Positions 27,921-37,189 of a stretch of DNA of 64,000 nt are shown here, one piece after another. Source of the DNA: a candidate division WOR-3 bacterium (lineage in GTDB: Bacteria; Hydrothermota; Tepidihabitantia; Tepidihabitantales; Tepidihabitantaceae); NCBI GenBank assembly GCA_965649205.1, contig CBFGJV010000005.1:12506-76505 (forward strand), written 5' to 3'. The notes beneath the pieces were generated by a model. The model was given only the letters and a program-made list of their open reading frames with translations. It was not told where the DNA came from and searched no databases. Position 1 is the stretch's first letter. Each line of letters opens with the position of its first letter. Both the position numbers and the translations under genes were made by a program.

Positions 27921-29321
27921 CTAATCCGGCAGGATTTTGCCCGGGTTGAGTATGCAGTCCGGGTCCCAAGCCTGTTTGAGCTGGCGCATTAGTTCCAGTT
28001 CTCTTGTGCCCAGCGCCCGCTTCATCCAGCGCCGCTTTTCGGAGCCGATACCATGTTCAGCCGAAATCTGACCGCCGGAGGCAAGGACAAAGTCAATCAG
28101 CTCGCTGAACATGCGGTCGCGGTCCTGTGACCAGTCTGGCCGGTTGGAGTCACGGCACACATCCACGTGGATATTTCCGTCGCCGATGTGGCCAAACGGT
28201 ACAATCGTAAGATTGTATTGTGACGCCAGCCGGGATATTTTGTCCACTGTGGCAGGAAGCTGGGACAGAGGAACCACGATATCTTCGGCACTAACCTCCG
28301 GGTAGATTTTTTTCAGGGTGTCGGCCATCTTGCGGCGGGCGGTCCAGAGCCGGTTCTGGTCAGTAGGGTTGTCGGCAACCAGAGGTTCGGCTGCACCCAA
28401 TTCCAGGGCCATCTCCCCCAGACGGACGCAGTCGGCGATAACCTGTTCGCGTTCATTCCCCTCCAGTTCCACCAGTACCTGTATGGCAGCTTCCGGGTAG
28501 GGCAGATTAGAACCCAATACCTGGTTTACAGCTTGTATGCCCTGTCTTTCCATAAATTCTACGACCGCGGGCAAGATGCGGTTGTCATGTACCAGCCGCA
28601 GCACCAGCTCCACGCCCTGGCTGAGCTGGTTGAAAGGTATGAGTACATCAATCTGATATTTTGGTTTCGGTACCAGTCGCAACAGGGCTTCGGTTACAAC
28701 AGCCAGCGTGCCTTCGGAGCCGACCAGTATGCGACCCAGACCATAGCCTGTGGCGTTCTTGTGCAGCTTTCCGCCCCAGTGGATGATGCTTCCGTCAGGA
28801 AGAACAGCTTCCAGTCCCCGCACATAGTCGCCAGTTACTCCGTATTTGAAAGCGCGGGCACCGCCCGCATTTGTGGCGATGTTGCCGCCTATGGAGCAGT
28901 CTTCCAGCGAGGAGGGGTCAACCGGATAATAGAGGCCGTATTCCAGACAGGTTTTCTGTACCTTGTCGGTGGTAACCCCGGGCTGGGTTCTGACTATGAA
29001 ATTGGCAGGGTCAACTTCTATGACCCGGTTCATAAGCTCGGTGGAAACTATGATGCCGCCACATACCGCCACCGAACCGCCGGCCAAGCCGGTGCCCAGG
29101 CCGCGTGGAGTAACCGGTATCCGTTCTGTCTGACACAGGCGAAGTACGGCCGCTACTTCCTCCGGCGAGCAGACTTTTACTACTGCTGCAGGAAGATAAT
29201 CCGGCCCCGGACTTTCATCCCGACAGTAATCAGCCAGACACTCCGGCTCGGTAAGGACGCGGTCAGAACTCGTAAGCCGCTTCAGTTCGGAAAGAAACGC
29301 GGCTGTTACGGAGCCGTACAT
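27921..29321 (-). CDS. FAD-linked oxidase (GlcD / D-lactate dehydrogenase family)
   Basis: 466 aa. FAD-binding PCMH-type domain (PVTPRGLGTGLAGGSV) and a C-terminal FAD-oxidase_C region (FGHIGDGNIHV ... SAEHGIG). Confidence 0.85.
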   Translation of the reverse strand: MYGSVTAAFLSELKRLTSSDRVLTEPECLADYCRDESPGPDYLPAAVVKVCSPEEVAAVLRLCQTERIPVTPRGLGTGLAGGSVAVCGGIIVSTELMNRVIEVDPANFIVRTQPGVTTDKVQKTCLEYGLYYPVDPSSLEDCSIGGNIATNAGGARAFKYGVTGDYVRGLEAVLPDGSIIHWGGKLHKNATGYGLGRILVGSEGTLAVVTEALLRLVPKPKYQIDVLIPFNQLSQGVELVLRLVHDNRILPAVVEFMERQGIQAVNQVLGSNLPYPEAAIQVLVELEGNEREQVIADCVRLGEMALELGAAEPLVADNPTDQNRLWTARRKMADTLKKIYPEVSAEDIVVPLSQLPATVDKISRLASQYNLTIVPFGHIGDGNIHVDVCRDSNRPDWSQDRDRMFSELIDFVLASGGQISAEHGIGSEKRRWMKRALGTRELELMRQLKQAWDPDCILNPGKILPD

Positions 29322-29336
29322 CTACTCCGGCCCGGT

Positions 29337-29666
29337 TCAGGAAGTAAGATGCGCTTCCAGTTTCGAGACCAGAGCCGGTTCGGGCATCAACCCGACTATG
29401 CGGTCAACCTCCACACCATTCTTGAAGACAATGAGGGTGGGAATGCCGTGGATGTTGAATCTGCCGGGTGTTTCCGGGCTTTCGTCTGTATTCAGTTTGC
29501 AGACTTTCATGCGGCCGGCAAACCTGGTTGCCAGCCTTTCGATAACCGGTGCCAGAGCCCGGCAGGGACCGCACCATGGAGCCCAGAAGTCCACCACTAC
29601 AGGCAGTTCCGATTTTGTTACTTCCGACTCAAAATTATCATCTCGCAGATGTACTATTCCGTCCAT
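29337..29666 (-). CDS. trxA: Thioredoxin
   Basis: [13 protein letters not shown] active site and [10 protein letters not shown]. The start was set to ATG 29666 (AAGGA upstream) rather than TTG 29735. Confidence 0.9.
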   Translation of the reverse strand: MDGIVHLRDDNFESEVTKSELPVVVDFWAPWCGPCRALAPVIERLATRFAGRMKVCKLNTDESPETPGRFNIHGIPTLIVFKNGVEVDRIVGLMPEPALVSKLEAHLTS

Positions 29667-29763
29667 ATTTTTCCTTTCTTTAGTTTTGGACATTGCTGAT
29701 TGCTTAGCTTTACACACTGACCTTTTTGACTGCAATTCTCACGGGAAAGGTTCGCAAAGACAC

Positions 29764-30573
29764 CTACCGGGCCCTAATCACTATGTCAGCATTGCTGGTG
29801 AACAGGGTGATGACAGAGGCCCCAGAGCCGATTCTGCCCCGTTTGTGGGCACGTTCTGATTTCTCATAGCTCACCAGGCCAAAGCCGGAGATAGTTATGT
29901 CCCCATTGGAGGTGATGGCTTCAAAGGTTGCAGATATATTGGCGGGCAGGTAGAGCGTGATTTTCCCGTTAGAGGTGCCCAGACTGGCAGATTCGGTTGC
30001 TCTTAGTTCTGCCAGGTCGCATTCTATCGCCTGACCGGAAGTAGAGACGGCGACGCTGCCGCGGTGAACCCGGATTCTCACCTTGCCGTTGGAGGTGCTG
30101 AGATTCAGAGAGCCTTTGGTGTCCATAACTTCAATATCCGCGTTCGTGGTGGCGGCAGAAACGTCTGCGGTTATACCGGTTATGGAAACTGTTCCGTTGG
30201 AGGTGGAAAGTGTGAGCGGAATGGATTCCGGGACGTAGAGGTCATAATGGACGCCGCAACTGCGGCTGCCGCCGGGTACGAGGGCCAGCAGGGAAAGTCG
30301 GCCAGAGTTGACAGTGTCCTTGAGAGTGATGTTTTCCAGCGCCCGGGCCGCGTCGGCACTGTCGCGGCCATAGCACCAGCGGGTGATGTGGGCGGTGAGA
30401 AGCGAGTCAAGGGCGAGGGAGATGTGAATATGACCGTTGCGGGTGCTTGCTTCCAGGCTGGTGAGAGATGGGGCGGGCCAAGAGCGGGTTTCAGGCAGTT
30501 CCAGCCGATAGGTGTAAATGCAGGCCAGGAGGTGGATCACTGTCCAGAGAATAAGGGGCGAAAGGCGTCGCAC
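29764..30573 (-). CDS. DUF4097-like beta-helical 'putative adhesin' repeat protein
   Basis: An N-terminal hydrophobic anchor is followed by iterated STSNG[KT][VI] / TSNGDITI-type repeats typical of DUF4097. Confidence 0.55.
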   Translation of the reverse strand: MRRLSPLILWTVIHLLACIYTYRLELPETRSWPAPSLTSLEASTRNGHIHISLALDSLLTAHITRWCYGRDSADAARALENITLKDTVNSGRLSLLALVPGGSRSCGVHYDLYVPESIPLTLSTSNGTVSITGITADVSAATTNADIEVMDTKGSLNLSTSNGKVRIRVHRGSVAVSTSGQAIECDLAELRATESASLGTSNGKITLYLPANISATFEAITSNGDITISGFGLVSYEKSERAHKRGRIGSGASVITLFTSNADIVIRAR

Positions 30574-30578
30574 TGCGT

Positions 30579-31256
30579 TTACTTGGTGCTGATTGTCTGG
30601 GCTGCAGGCGCTATGAGTATTCCCACCGAATAGAAGGGTCCGCCGAAGCGGCTGGGAGGGGTGCCGATGATTCTGGCTCCGCCGGGCTGGTGCCAGTTGA
30701 CAGCGAAGGGCGAATACAGATAGCCTGCGCGCAGGGTGAGACCGTAACGGGAGCCAGCGTTGACCGCAGAAATTCCGAGTTCGAGGGCTGCCAGCCCTGT
30801 GGGTTTCATTCCGGATAGGAGCGTGACTCCTTGGCCAGGTCTGGTCAAAAGGGAGTCGAATTTGATATCCCCTTTTTCAGTTCTGATGCTGAATGTTTGC
30901 GTCTGGCCACCCAGTCCGAGCATGGGCACGACAGAAAGAAAGGAGAAGGGAAGCAGTTTGGGCCCGGTTGTAGCGAACAAGCCCCAGCTCTCGCTGTGTA
31001 ACCGAAAACTGTCGTTCTCGCTTTCGTCCCAGGTACGATAGAACAGGGGACCGACGAGCAGATGGCCGGTTAGGGAACGCAATTCCAAGCCCCAGCCATA
31101 ATGACGGCGCGCAGCCTGCGGCAATCCGTTGGCGGCAAACTTGGCGTTGAAGCCGGCCACATCGGGCTCATAGGCAGCAGCGAAGGGGATAAGCCAAGCT
31201 TCCTGAGCTAGGGTCAGGGTGGTTGCTAGCAGAAAAAACAGAGCCGTTTTCTTCAC
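30579..31256 (-). CDS. Small outer-membrane beta-barrel-like protein
   Basis: Signal peptide MKKTALFFLLATTLTLAQEA. Alternating-hydrophobicity strands and Gly/aromatic-rich composition. Its stop lies 5 nt before the DUF4097 gene start. Confidence 0.4.
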   Translation of the reverse strand: MKKTALFFLLATTLTLAQEAWLIPFAAAYEPDVAGFNAKFAANGLPQAARRHYGWGLELRSLTGHLLVGPLFYRTWDESENDSFRLHSESWGLFATTGPKLLPFSFLSVVPMLGLGGQTQTFSIRTEKGDIKFDSLLTRPGQGVTLLSGMKPTGLAALELGISAVNAGSRYGLTLRAGYLYSPFAVNWHQPGGARIIGTPPSRFGGPFYSVGILIAPAAQTISTK

Positions 31257-31395
31257 TGGTAGCCAGTATAGGTAGAAGCAAGAAAGGTGTCAAACTGCCC
31301 GAAGATAAAAGCCAGCGCAGTCAGGACAGGATGCCCTTGCGGTTACGCAGAGTCGTTAGTCCGGTGTCTGAGATACCGAGGTGCCAGGCCTGAGT

Positions 31396-32577
31396 TTAGA
31401 CCGCGAGGGAGTCGGCCAAAAGTTCGGCCACGTCCACTACGCGCAGGTCCAGCTCCATAGTTTTTACCGAGTCGTCGAACATCAGCAGACAATAGGGACA
31501 GGCAACGGCCAGAATTTCCGCACCGGTCTGGACAGCCTGTTGTACGCGGATATCAGAAAGCCTTTCTCCCTTTGGCCAGTCAAGCCAAAGACCGCCGCCG
31601 CCTCCGCCGCAGCAGATGGACTGGTCGCGATTGAAGTGAAGAATCTCCACCAGCTCCAGCCCGGGAATACTTCTCAATACCTGTCGGGGTTCTTCGTAAA
31701 TGCCGCTCTGGCGACCGAGCGTGCACGGGTCGTGATACACTACCTTCTTGGGCAGAGGCTTCTTGGGCTGAAGCCGACCTTCGGCGAGAAGTCGGGCAAA
31801 CAGCTGGGTTTCGTGAATGAATTCGCGGCCCTTGCTCAACTCGGGATAGTCCCGGCGAAAACTGCGATAGCAGTGAGGCGAAGTACAGATCACTCGTCTG
31901 ACTTCCGGTTTGTTCAGGAGTTGAGTATTGGTCTCCGCTAATTGTTGGAACGCATCCTCGGCTCCGGCCCGGCGTATGGCTTCGCCGCAACAGGCCTGCT
32001 CAGCGCCCAGTATGCCATACGACAGGCCGGCCGCACTAAGTACCCGGTAGGTGGCACGATTGAAAGCCTGACAGCGCGGGTCAAAGTCGGCCGTACAGCA
32101 GGTGAACCAGGCATATTCGGTGTCGGAAGCGAAACAGGGTACAGAAAGGTCTTTGGCCCAGTCGGTACGTTTCTCAGGCGCTCCGCCCCAGGGATTGCCT
32201 ACCGCTAGACATTGAGAAATCACGCTCAGCAGAGTAGAGGGCACGGAGCGGTTCTCCACCATCACGCGGCGCACTGCGCGCAGGACAGAGGGAAGGTCCA
32301 CTCCGCGTGGACAGCGGGCCAAGCACGCTTCGCATCCGACGCAGCGGTATAGTTCTTCCACCTCGGCCGCTACTTCTTCCTGTTCTTCTGCGTTGAGTAC
32401 CGCACCCAGCTTTACGGCCTGGGGCAGACGATGTACGGTGAATGATACCCGTTTGATGTGATACCAGGGACAAAGAGACATGCACATACCGCACTGGTAG
32501 CACTTGCGTACTTCTTCTCCCCCGTATTCCAGAATCAGGTCGCGGATGTCCAGGTCCGGAACAAGCAGTTTGGGCAT
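31396..32577 (-). CDS. (Fe-S)-binding oxidoreductase subunit, GlcF/HdrD/LutA-like (2x[4Fe-4S] plus two CCG domains)
   Basis: CYQCGMCMSLCP and CVGCEACLARCP ferredoxin motifs. CCG motifs CCGEAIRR and CCGGGGGG...CPYC. The start is ambiguous: ATG 32577 was chosen, TTG 32613 is also possible. Confidence 0.8.
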   Translation of the reverse strand: MPKLLVPDLDIRDLILEYGGEEVRKCYQCGMCMSLCPWYHIKRVSFTVHRLPQAVKLGAVLNAEEQEEVAAEVEELYRCVGCEACLARCPRGVDLPSVLRAVRRVMVENRSVPSTLLSVISQCLAVGNPWGGAPEKRTDWAKDLSVPCFASDTEYAWFTCCTADFDPRCQAFNRATYRVLSAAGLSYGILGAEQACCGEAIRRAGAEDAFQQLAETNTQLLNKPEVRRVICTSPHCYRSFRRDYPELSKGREFIHETQLFARLLAEGRLQPKKPLPKKVVYHDPCTLGRQSGIYEEPRQVLRSIPGLELVEILHFNRDQSICCGGGGGGLWLDWPKGERLSDIRVQQAVQTGAEILAVACPYCLLMFDDSVKTMELDLRVVDVAELLADSLAV

Positions 32578-32678
32578 GGAGCTAATTCTTGCACCAACAG
32601 CCGGCAGAGTCAAGCGAACTCCAACCGAGTTGCTTCAACTGTAAACACCGCCAACGAGCAGGCGTGCAACCGCTTCGG

Positions 32679-35402
32679 TCAGCGTTCGAGAATCAGTTTC
32701 CGGGTGGCGGTGAAGTTATTGGCCTCCATCCGTATGAGATACACTCCCGGGCTCAGTATCTGTCCGTTATAGCCGCGGCCATCCCATATTGTCTGGTGAA
32801 AACCTGCTGGTAAAACGCCCAGCCCGATTTCCCGCAGCAGAATTCCTGTTGCGGAGTAGACGCATAGGCGCACACGGGCCTGTTCAGGCAGGCCGAACCG
32901 GATGCGGGCTGAGCCGAGGACAGGATTGGGGTGCGGTTTTTCCAGAGAAAATCTTAAAGGCCGGGCCGGGTTTTCTTCAATGCCGGTCAGCGGAACTACT
33001 TCAACCGAGTCGGTGAGAAAGTCGTTGGCGGGTGCGGTATCGCCGGCGACCGCAGTGGAGCAGCGCACCAGATAGGTGCCGATCGAATCTGCAGCCCAGG
33101 GCCGATAGGATACGGTGCTGTTCATACCGGCCAGTACTAGCACAGTCTGAGTGTCTAGGTAAGTGGTACCAATGCGGAACCAAGTGAAGACCTCTTCGTC
33201 CTGGGTGCCGAGATTGTGTATGGTGGCAGAGGGGAAGACGACAGAACCGGAGTCTATGCGTCCGGTCGGCGCCAGAATGGCGGTTACGGCTATGTCTTTG
33301 GGCGGGCCGGTGCGGACTTCGATGTCGCCGGTGAGTGCCCAGGCAAACCATTGTTTCTGCGCGGTGCGCACATTCTGACCATATACTTTGATTGTCCAGT
33401 AGCCGGTATCAGGAGAGTTTACCCGCACGCATTCTTCCACATTGAGCGAGTCCCAGGCAGAAGGATTCGGCGTGGACTGGCCGCCGCTATACTGGTTTCC
33501 CCGGTAGGAGACACCCGCAGGAGAAATCATTTCCAGATTCAGGTTGTTTACCAGAGTAGGGTTGGCATTGGGAGCGGCGGCGGTGTCGGTCCAGGCCAGA
33601 CACACCCGCAGGGGAATTGCCGAGTTTACCTTGAAGCGAGCTTCTTTGTATTCACCGGTGGCGAGTCCGAACGTGTCGTCCACCAGCAGCAGTTTGCGAC
33701 TGTCGCCAGGGAAATAGAGCACCGAATCAACATCTACCCGACCCCAGCCGATGTCAAAACTGGGGATGGTGTAGGAGCCGACATTGGGGTCGGCGGATAC
33801 CTGAGCCATAGCGCGGAGAAGGGCGGCGGAGTTGTAGTTGAGCTTCTGATGGGGTTCGGGTGTGCCGGACGGGTAGTATCCTTCTTGCAGGTAGCAGCGC
33901 ATCAAACCGACTGCGCCGTTGACGCTGGGCGTGGCCATCGAGGTGCCAGACATTTTGGAATAGCCGTTGGTGGAAGGTGCGGCCTGGGCCGAGTTCAGGT
34001 CCACGCCGGTGGCCATCACGTTGGGTTTGATTCTTCCATCCTGGGTCGGACCCCGGGAGGAGAAGCTGGCAATGGTATTGGAGCCGGTGCCGTTGTTGGT
34101 AGCGCCTACCGTCAGCACGTTCTTGGCGATGCCGGGATTGCGCAGACGACGGGCAGAAGATTCGTTGCCCGCGGCCATTATGTTCAAGAAGTCTTTGTGC
34201 GCCCAGCAATACGCATCAGTGGAAGCGTCCTGTAGCAGATAGGTTCCGGAGGAGTTGGAATAGCCCCAGGAGCCGGACGCCTGCCATACAGGCCGAAGAG
34301 AATCGGGCAGGCCGCGGCCCAGATGCACTGTGTCCCATACCGGGTAGAGGTCGGCGCTGACTACGAAGCTGGTGCCGTTGGTCAGGTCCACAAAGTAAAG
34401 TCGGGCATCCTTGGCTATGCCGTCGTAGAAGCTGGTACCACCGGTGAGCGAGTCGTTGCCGGCTACAGTGCCTGCAACGTGGGAGCCGTGGTACTGGCCT
34501 TCACTGGCATCAGCAGTTCCGTATTTCTTGTAGGCAACCACTTTGCGGTGGTCAGGCCAGATGCCGGGCGGGGTTACAGGTCTAGCCGGGTCGCGGAACA
34601 TATCGTGGCCGGTATTCAGACCGGTGTCGTGGACAGAGAGAATTACACCTTGACCCCGCACTCCTTCCTTCCAAGCGCGGCGGGCGGTAAGGCTGGTGTC
34701 CGGGGGTGCTACTGGCTGCCAGCCAGTCTGGGCGACCCACTGAGCGCTGTTGTTGCAGGTGGTTGGTTCGTTCCAGGCCTGAATCCAGAATACTTCCTGC
34801 AGGCGGGCCAGGTCAGGGATTCTTTCGGTGTCCAGCGTAAACTCAACTGTGGTGCCGTACGCGGAGGTCATAACCTGCAGCAACGTGCCGTCTAGCTCTT
34901 CTATTTTGCGGGTGACAGCGGCCGGGTCTTCGGTGGGCGTGACCAAAAGCGAGAAGCGGCGCGTGCCGGCAGTGCCCAAGAGTCCCAGCTCCAGTTTGTA
35001 CGCAGGTTGGAACAAGCCGACCCAGTTCACGAACGGCAGGCTGGAGACATACGCTCTTTGGCCAGCGTCAAGTCGGGCAAGCACCGCATACTGGGGCAGG
35101 TAGCCAAAGGTCCTGATACCGGACGCTTCGAGCCGGCGAAACCAGTTCTGTTCAATCGGGCCGGTGAACTGGATTATGCAATACTGACTGCCGGTTACAT
35201 CTTCGGCAAGGCGGAGATTGTGGGGAAGGTCTGGTTCGCCTTTCTGGGTGTCTATGACATAACCATTGGAGAAGGAAATAAAGCGGACTTCGCCTGAAGC
35301 GGGGGTGAACCGACGGACAGGCCCCATGTTGTAGTGACTTGCCGGCAAAGCCAGGGCTGGCACAGACGCCAGCAGGAGCAGAAACGCAGTTACATATCTC
35401 AC
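32679..35402 (-). CDS. Secreted subtilisin-like serine peptidase (S8) with T9SS/FlgD-Ig-type CTD
   Basis: Catalytic triad contexts VHDTGL (Asp), HGSHVAGTVAG (His) and SGTSMATPSVNGAVG (Ser). Signal peptide. C-terminus NPVLGSARIRFGLPEQARVRLCVYSATG...WDGRGYNGQILSPGVYLIRMEA...RKLILER. Confidence 0.9.
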   Translation of the reverse strand: MRYVTAFLLLLASVPALALPASHYNMGPVRRFTPASGEVRFISFSNGYVIDTQKGEPDLPHNLRLAEDVTGSQYCIIQFTGPIEQNWFRRLEASGIRTFGYLPQYAVLARLDAGQRAYVSSLPFVNWVGLFQPAYKLELGLLGTAGTRRFSLLVTPTEDPAAVTRKIEELDGTLLQVMTSAYGTTVEFTLDTERIPDLARLQEVFWIQAWNEPTTCNNSAQWVAQTGWQPVAPPDTSLTARRAWKEGVRGQGVILSVHDTGLNTGHDMFRDPARPVTPPGIWPDHRKVVAYKKYGTADASEGQYHGSHVAGTVAGNDSLTGGTSFYDGIAKDARLYFVDLTNGTSFVVSADLYPVWDTVHLGRGLPDSLRPVWQASGSWGYSNSSGTYLLQDASTDAYCWAHKDFLNIMAAGNESSARRLRNPGIAKNVLTVGATNNGTGSNTIASFSSRGPTQDGRIKPNVMATGVDLNSAQAAPSTNGYSKMSGTSMATPSVNGAVGLMRCYLQEGYYPSGTPEPHQKLNYNSAALLRAMAQVSADPNVGSYTIPSFDIGWGRVDVDSVLYFPGDSRKLLLVDDTFGLATGEYKEARFKVNSAIPLRVCLAWTDTAAAPNANPTLVNNLNLEMISPAGVSYRGNQYSGGQSTPNPSAWDSLNVEECVRVNSPDTGYWTIKVYGQNVRTAQKQWFAWALTGDIEVRTGPPKDIAVTAILAPTGRIDSGSVVFPSATIHNLGTQDEEVFTWFRIGTTYLDTQTVLVLAGMNSTVSYRPWAADSIGTYLVRCSTAVAGDTAPANDFLTDSVEVVPLTGIEENPARPLRFSLEKPHPNPVLGSARIRFGLPEQARVRLCVYSATGILLREIGLGVLPAGFHQTIWDGRGYNGQILSPGVYLIRMEANNFTATRKLILER

Positions 35403-35424
35403 GATGCCTCTCTTTTTAGGGTTG

Positions 35425-36333
35425 TTATTTTCCTTTCCGGGGACGGAAACGTCCTATGCGCATTATTTCAGCCAGATTGGCATGGGGGTCAATCTTCGGC
35501 ACGAGCAGTGGCCGGGGGCTGGAGATAAGCGTGGTCACCCCCGGGCCATGGCCGGCCACCAGACAGTCGGAGTGAATTACAATGCCGATGGTAACCGCTC
35601 CCTTGCGCCAGGAACGGCCATAGGTATTGTCGTGGTCGGTAATGGCAACAAAGTCACCAAAGCGTAACTTGTCCAAACCCAGGCGCGCAATTTCTTTCCG
35701 ATCGGTGGTCATCACATCGTAGTCGCCGGTGCCCAGAGACAGCGAGCCTACACCTGAGCCCATCAGATACCCGGGAATAATGGCCGCTACCGGAACTTCC
35801 AGCCGGCCATCGCCAAGTTCCTTCACCCCGAGTCGGAAGAACAGGCGTGGATCCAGGTTGGTTATTTGAATATCAGGATAGTCTAGAAGCTGGAAACCCT
35901 GGCCGTATCCTTTGATAAGGAACTTGTCTTCCATCTGGAGTTTTTCCAGCACCGAGTCGGCAAAATCCACCAGGACGTGTTCGGCTCCGCCGTGATGACC
36001 TGTAACCACACCTTTTGCTCCTTTGGCATCACCGGTAACCACCTTTACCTCGTTGCCTACGCAGGAGTAGAAGTGCAGGGAGGTATTAGGATGGTCCATA
36101 CGTTTTTCCCAGTCGGCGATACACGAAACTCCTGGTTCTATATGGTCTCCGGCCCAGCCGAAAGCAGGGTCACCTACCTTCACATTGTAGGATATGCCGC
36201 CGATAGAGGGCAGAAGGAAAGGTCGGCCGTTTGCGTCAACTGCGTGATTGCGTCTGCCGGAAGGATAGGACACCTTGCCCTGCACGGACAACATTACCAC
36301 TTTGTCAATATTGGTTCGAATTTTGTGCTTCAT
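35425..36333 (-). CDS. Hypothetical cytoplasmic protein (possibly DUF4438-like)
   Basis: 302 aa from ATG 36333 (MKHKIRTN). Its Gly-rich beta-type sequence (VKVGDPAFGWAGDHIEPGV, VVTGDAKGAKGVVTGHHGGAEHVLVDF) is reminiscent of DUF4438. That family assignment is from memory and unverified. Confidence 0.4.
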   Translation of the reverse strand: MKHKIRTNIDKVVMLSVQGKVSYPSGRRNHAVDANGRPFLLPSIGGISYNVKVGDPAFGWAGDHIEPGVSCIADWEKRMDHPNTSLHFYSCVGNEVKVVTGDAKGAKGVVTGHHGGAEHVLVDFADSVLEKLQMEDKFLIKGYGQGFQLLDYPDIQITNLDPRLFFRLGVKELGDGRLEVPVAAIIPGYLMGSGVGSLSLGTGDYDVMTTDRKEIARLGLDKLRFGDFVAITDHDNTYGRSWRKGAVTIGIVIHSDCLVAGHGPGVTTLISSPRPLLVPKIDPHANLAEIMRIGRFRPRKGK

Positions 36334-36339
36334 GCTGTT

Positions 36340-36367
36340 ATTATAGGCCGGCTTTCCTGTCCTGCAA
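36340..36367 (-). promoter_or_regulatory. Promoter with consensus -10, leaderless geometry
   Basis: The minus strand reads TTGCAG (36367-36362), a 16-nt spacer, TATAAT (36345-36340), then 6 nt and ATG (36333). Confidence 0.45.
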
Positions 36368-36479
36368 CAAATCTGCAGACTCATTTGGGTCTGCGGTTGG
36401 GGAAGAGAGAGCTTTCTTTTTAGGTCAGTTGACCGCATTATTTATTGTCCTTGAGTTCTGAGAAGGGGAATAGCGATCC

Positions 36480-36507
36480 TTGACACCGTACCAGTCCGGC
36501 CTAATGT
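36480..36507 (+). promoter_or_regulatory. Sigma70-like promoter of the PEBP gene
   Basis: TTGACA (36480-36485), a 16-nt spacer, TAATGT (36502-36507). GGAGG (36515-36519) follows, 6 nt before TTG 36526. Confidence 0.45.
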
Positions 36508-36525
36508 TGAAGCCGGAGGTGCACT

Positions 36526-37131
36526 TTGTGGAAAGAAGTCTTTGGGTCGAAGGTTAGAGTTGCAGGCGTAGCTTTGCTGGCTGCTTGCAGTGTGTTTATC
36601 TCAGCCTGCGGTGGCCGTTCTGGCACCGGTTCGCTTCCTGAAGTTCCGCTACCTAAAACAGGCACAAACGTTATGACTCTTACCAGCCCGGCATTTGCTT
36701 TCGGCCAGACAATTCCGGTGCGCTACACCGGCGACGGTGACAATCTGTCACCTGAGCTAAACTGGACTGGGGCGCCGGAAAACACCCAGAGCTTTGCCCT
36801 TATCTGTTCTGACCCGGATGCTCCGTCTGGTACCTTTATTCACTGGGTCATTTATAACATTCCCGGTGCGATGCGCGCTTTACCCGCTGGCATGCCCAAA
36901 AATCCGGTTGTGCTGGACAGTGCCGAACAGGGATATAACAGTTTTGGCCGGCTAGGATATGATGGTCCGCAGCCGCCACCGGGCAAGCCGCACCGTTATA
37001 TTTTCAAGCTGTACGCCCTGGATACGCGGATAAAAGCAAATCAGCGTGTGGTTGACGCCGAGTTTCTGCAGAAAAAGATGGACGGGCATGTACTTGCAAC
37101 CGCAGAACTGATGGGGACTTATCAGCGCTGA
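36526..37131 (+). CDS. YbhB/YbcL-family Raf-kinase-inhibitor-like (PEBP) lipoprotein
   Basis: Lipobox FISACGG. PEBP motifs CSDPDAPSGTFIHWVIYNIP and GYDGPQPPPGKPHRYIFKLYALD. Confidence 0.85.
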   Translation: MWKEVFGSKVRVAGVALLAACSVFISACGGRSGTGSLPEVPLPKTGTNVMTLTSPAFAFGQTIPVRYTGDGDNLSPELNWTGAPENTQSFALICSDPDAPSGTFIHWVIYNIPGAMRALPAGMPKNPVVLDSAEQGYNSFGRLGYDGPQPPPGKPHRYIFKLYALDTRIKANQRVVDAEFLQKKMDGHVLATAELMGTYQR

Positions 37132-37141
37132 GGGCAGATAT

Positions 37142-37168
37142 AAGCCTCCGGGCAAACAAAGGCTTTTT
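37142..37168 (+). terminator. Weak intrinsic-terminator-like hairpin after the PEBP gene
   Basis: AAGCCT-(12 nt loop)-AGGCTT followed by TTT. The stem is short and the loop long, so confidence is low. Confidence 0.25.
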
Positions 37169-37189
37169 ACATCTGTCATCAGTTTCCTG

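Noticed and set aside
28533-29699. 388-aa ORF on the + strand
   Set aside because: It is antisense to the GlcD-like oxidase and thioredoxin genes, both of which have unmistakable motifs. It is a shadow ORF.
33216-34235. 339-aa ORF on the + strand, plus other 90-190-aa frames inside 32679-35402
   Set aside because: It is antisense to the S8 peptidase with its intact Asp/His/Ser triad. The translation is Gly/Arg/Val-rich with no motifs.
36311-36322. GGTTCGAAT string resembling a tRNA T-loop
   Set aside because: It lies inside the coding sequence 35425-36333, and no acceptor or anticodon stems can be drawn around it. I found no tRNA genes in any intergenic region.
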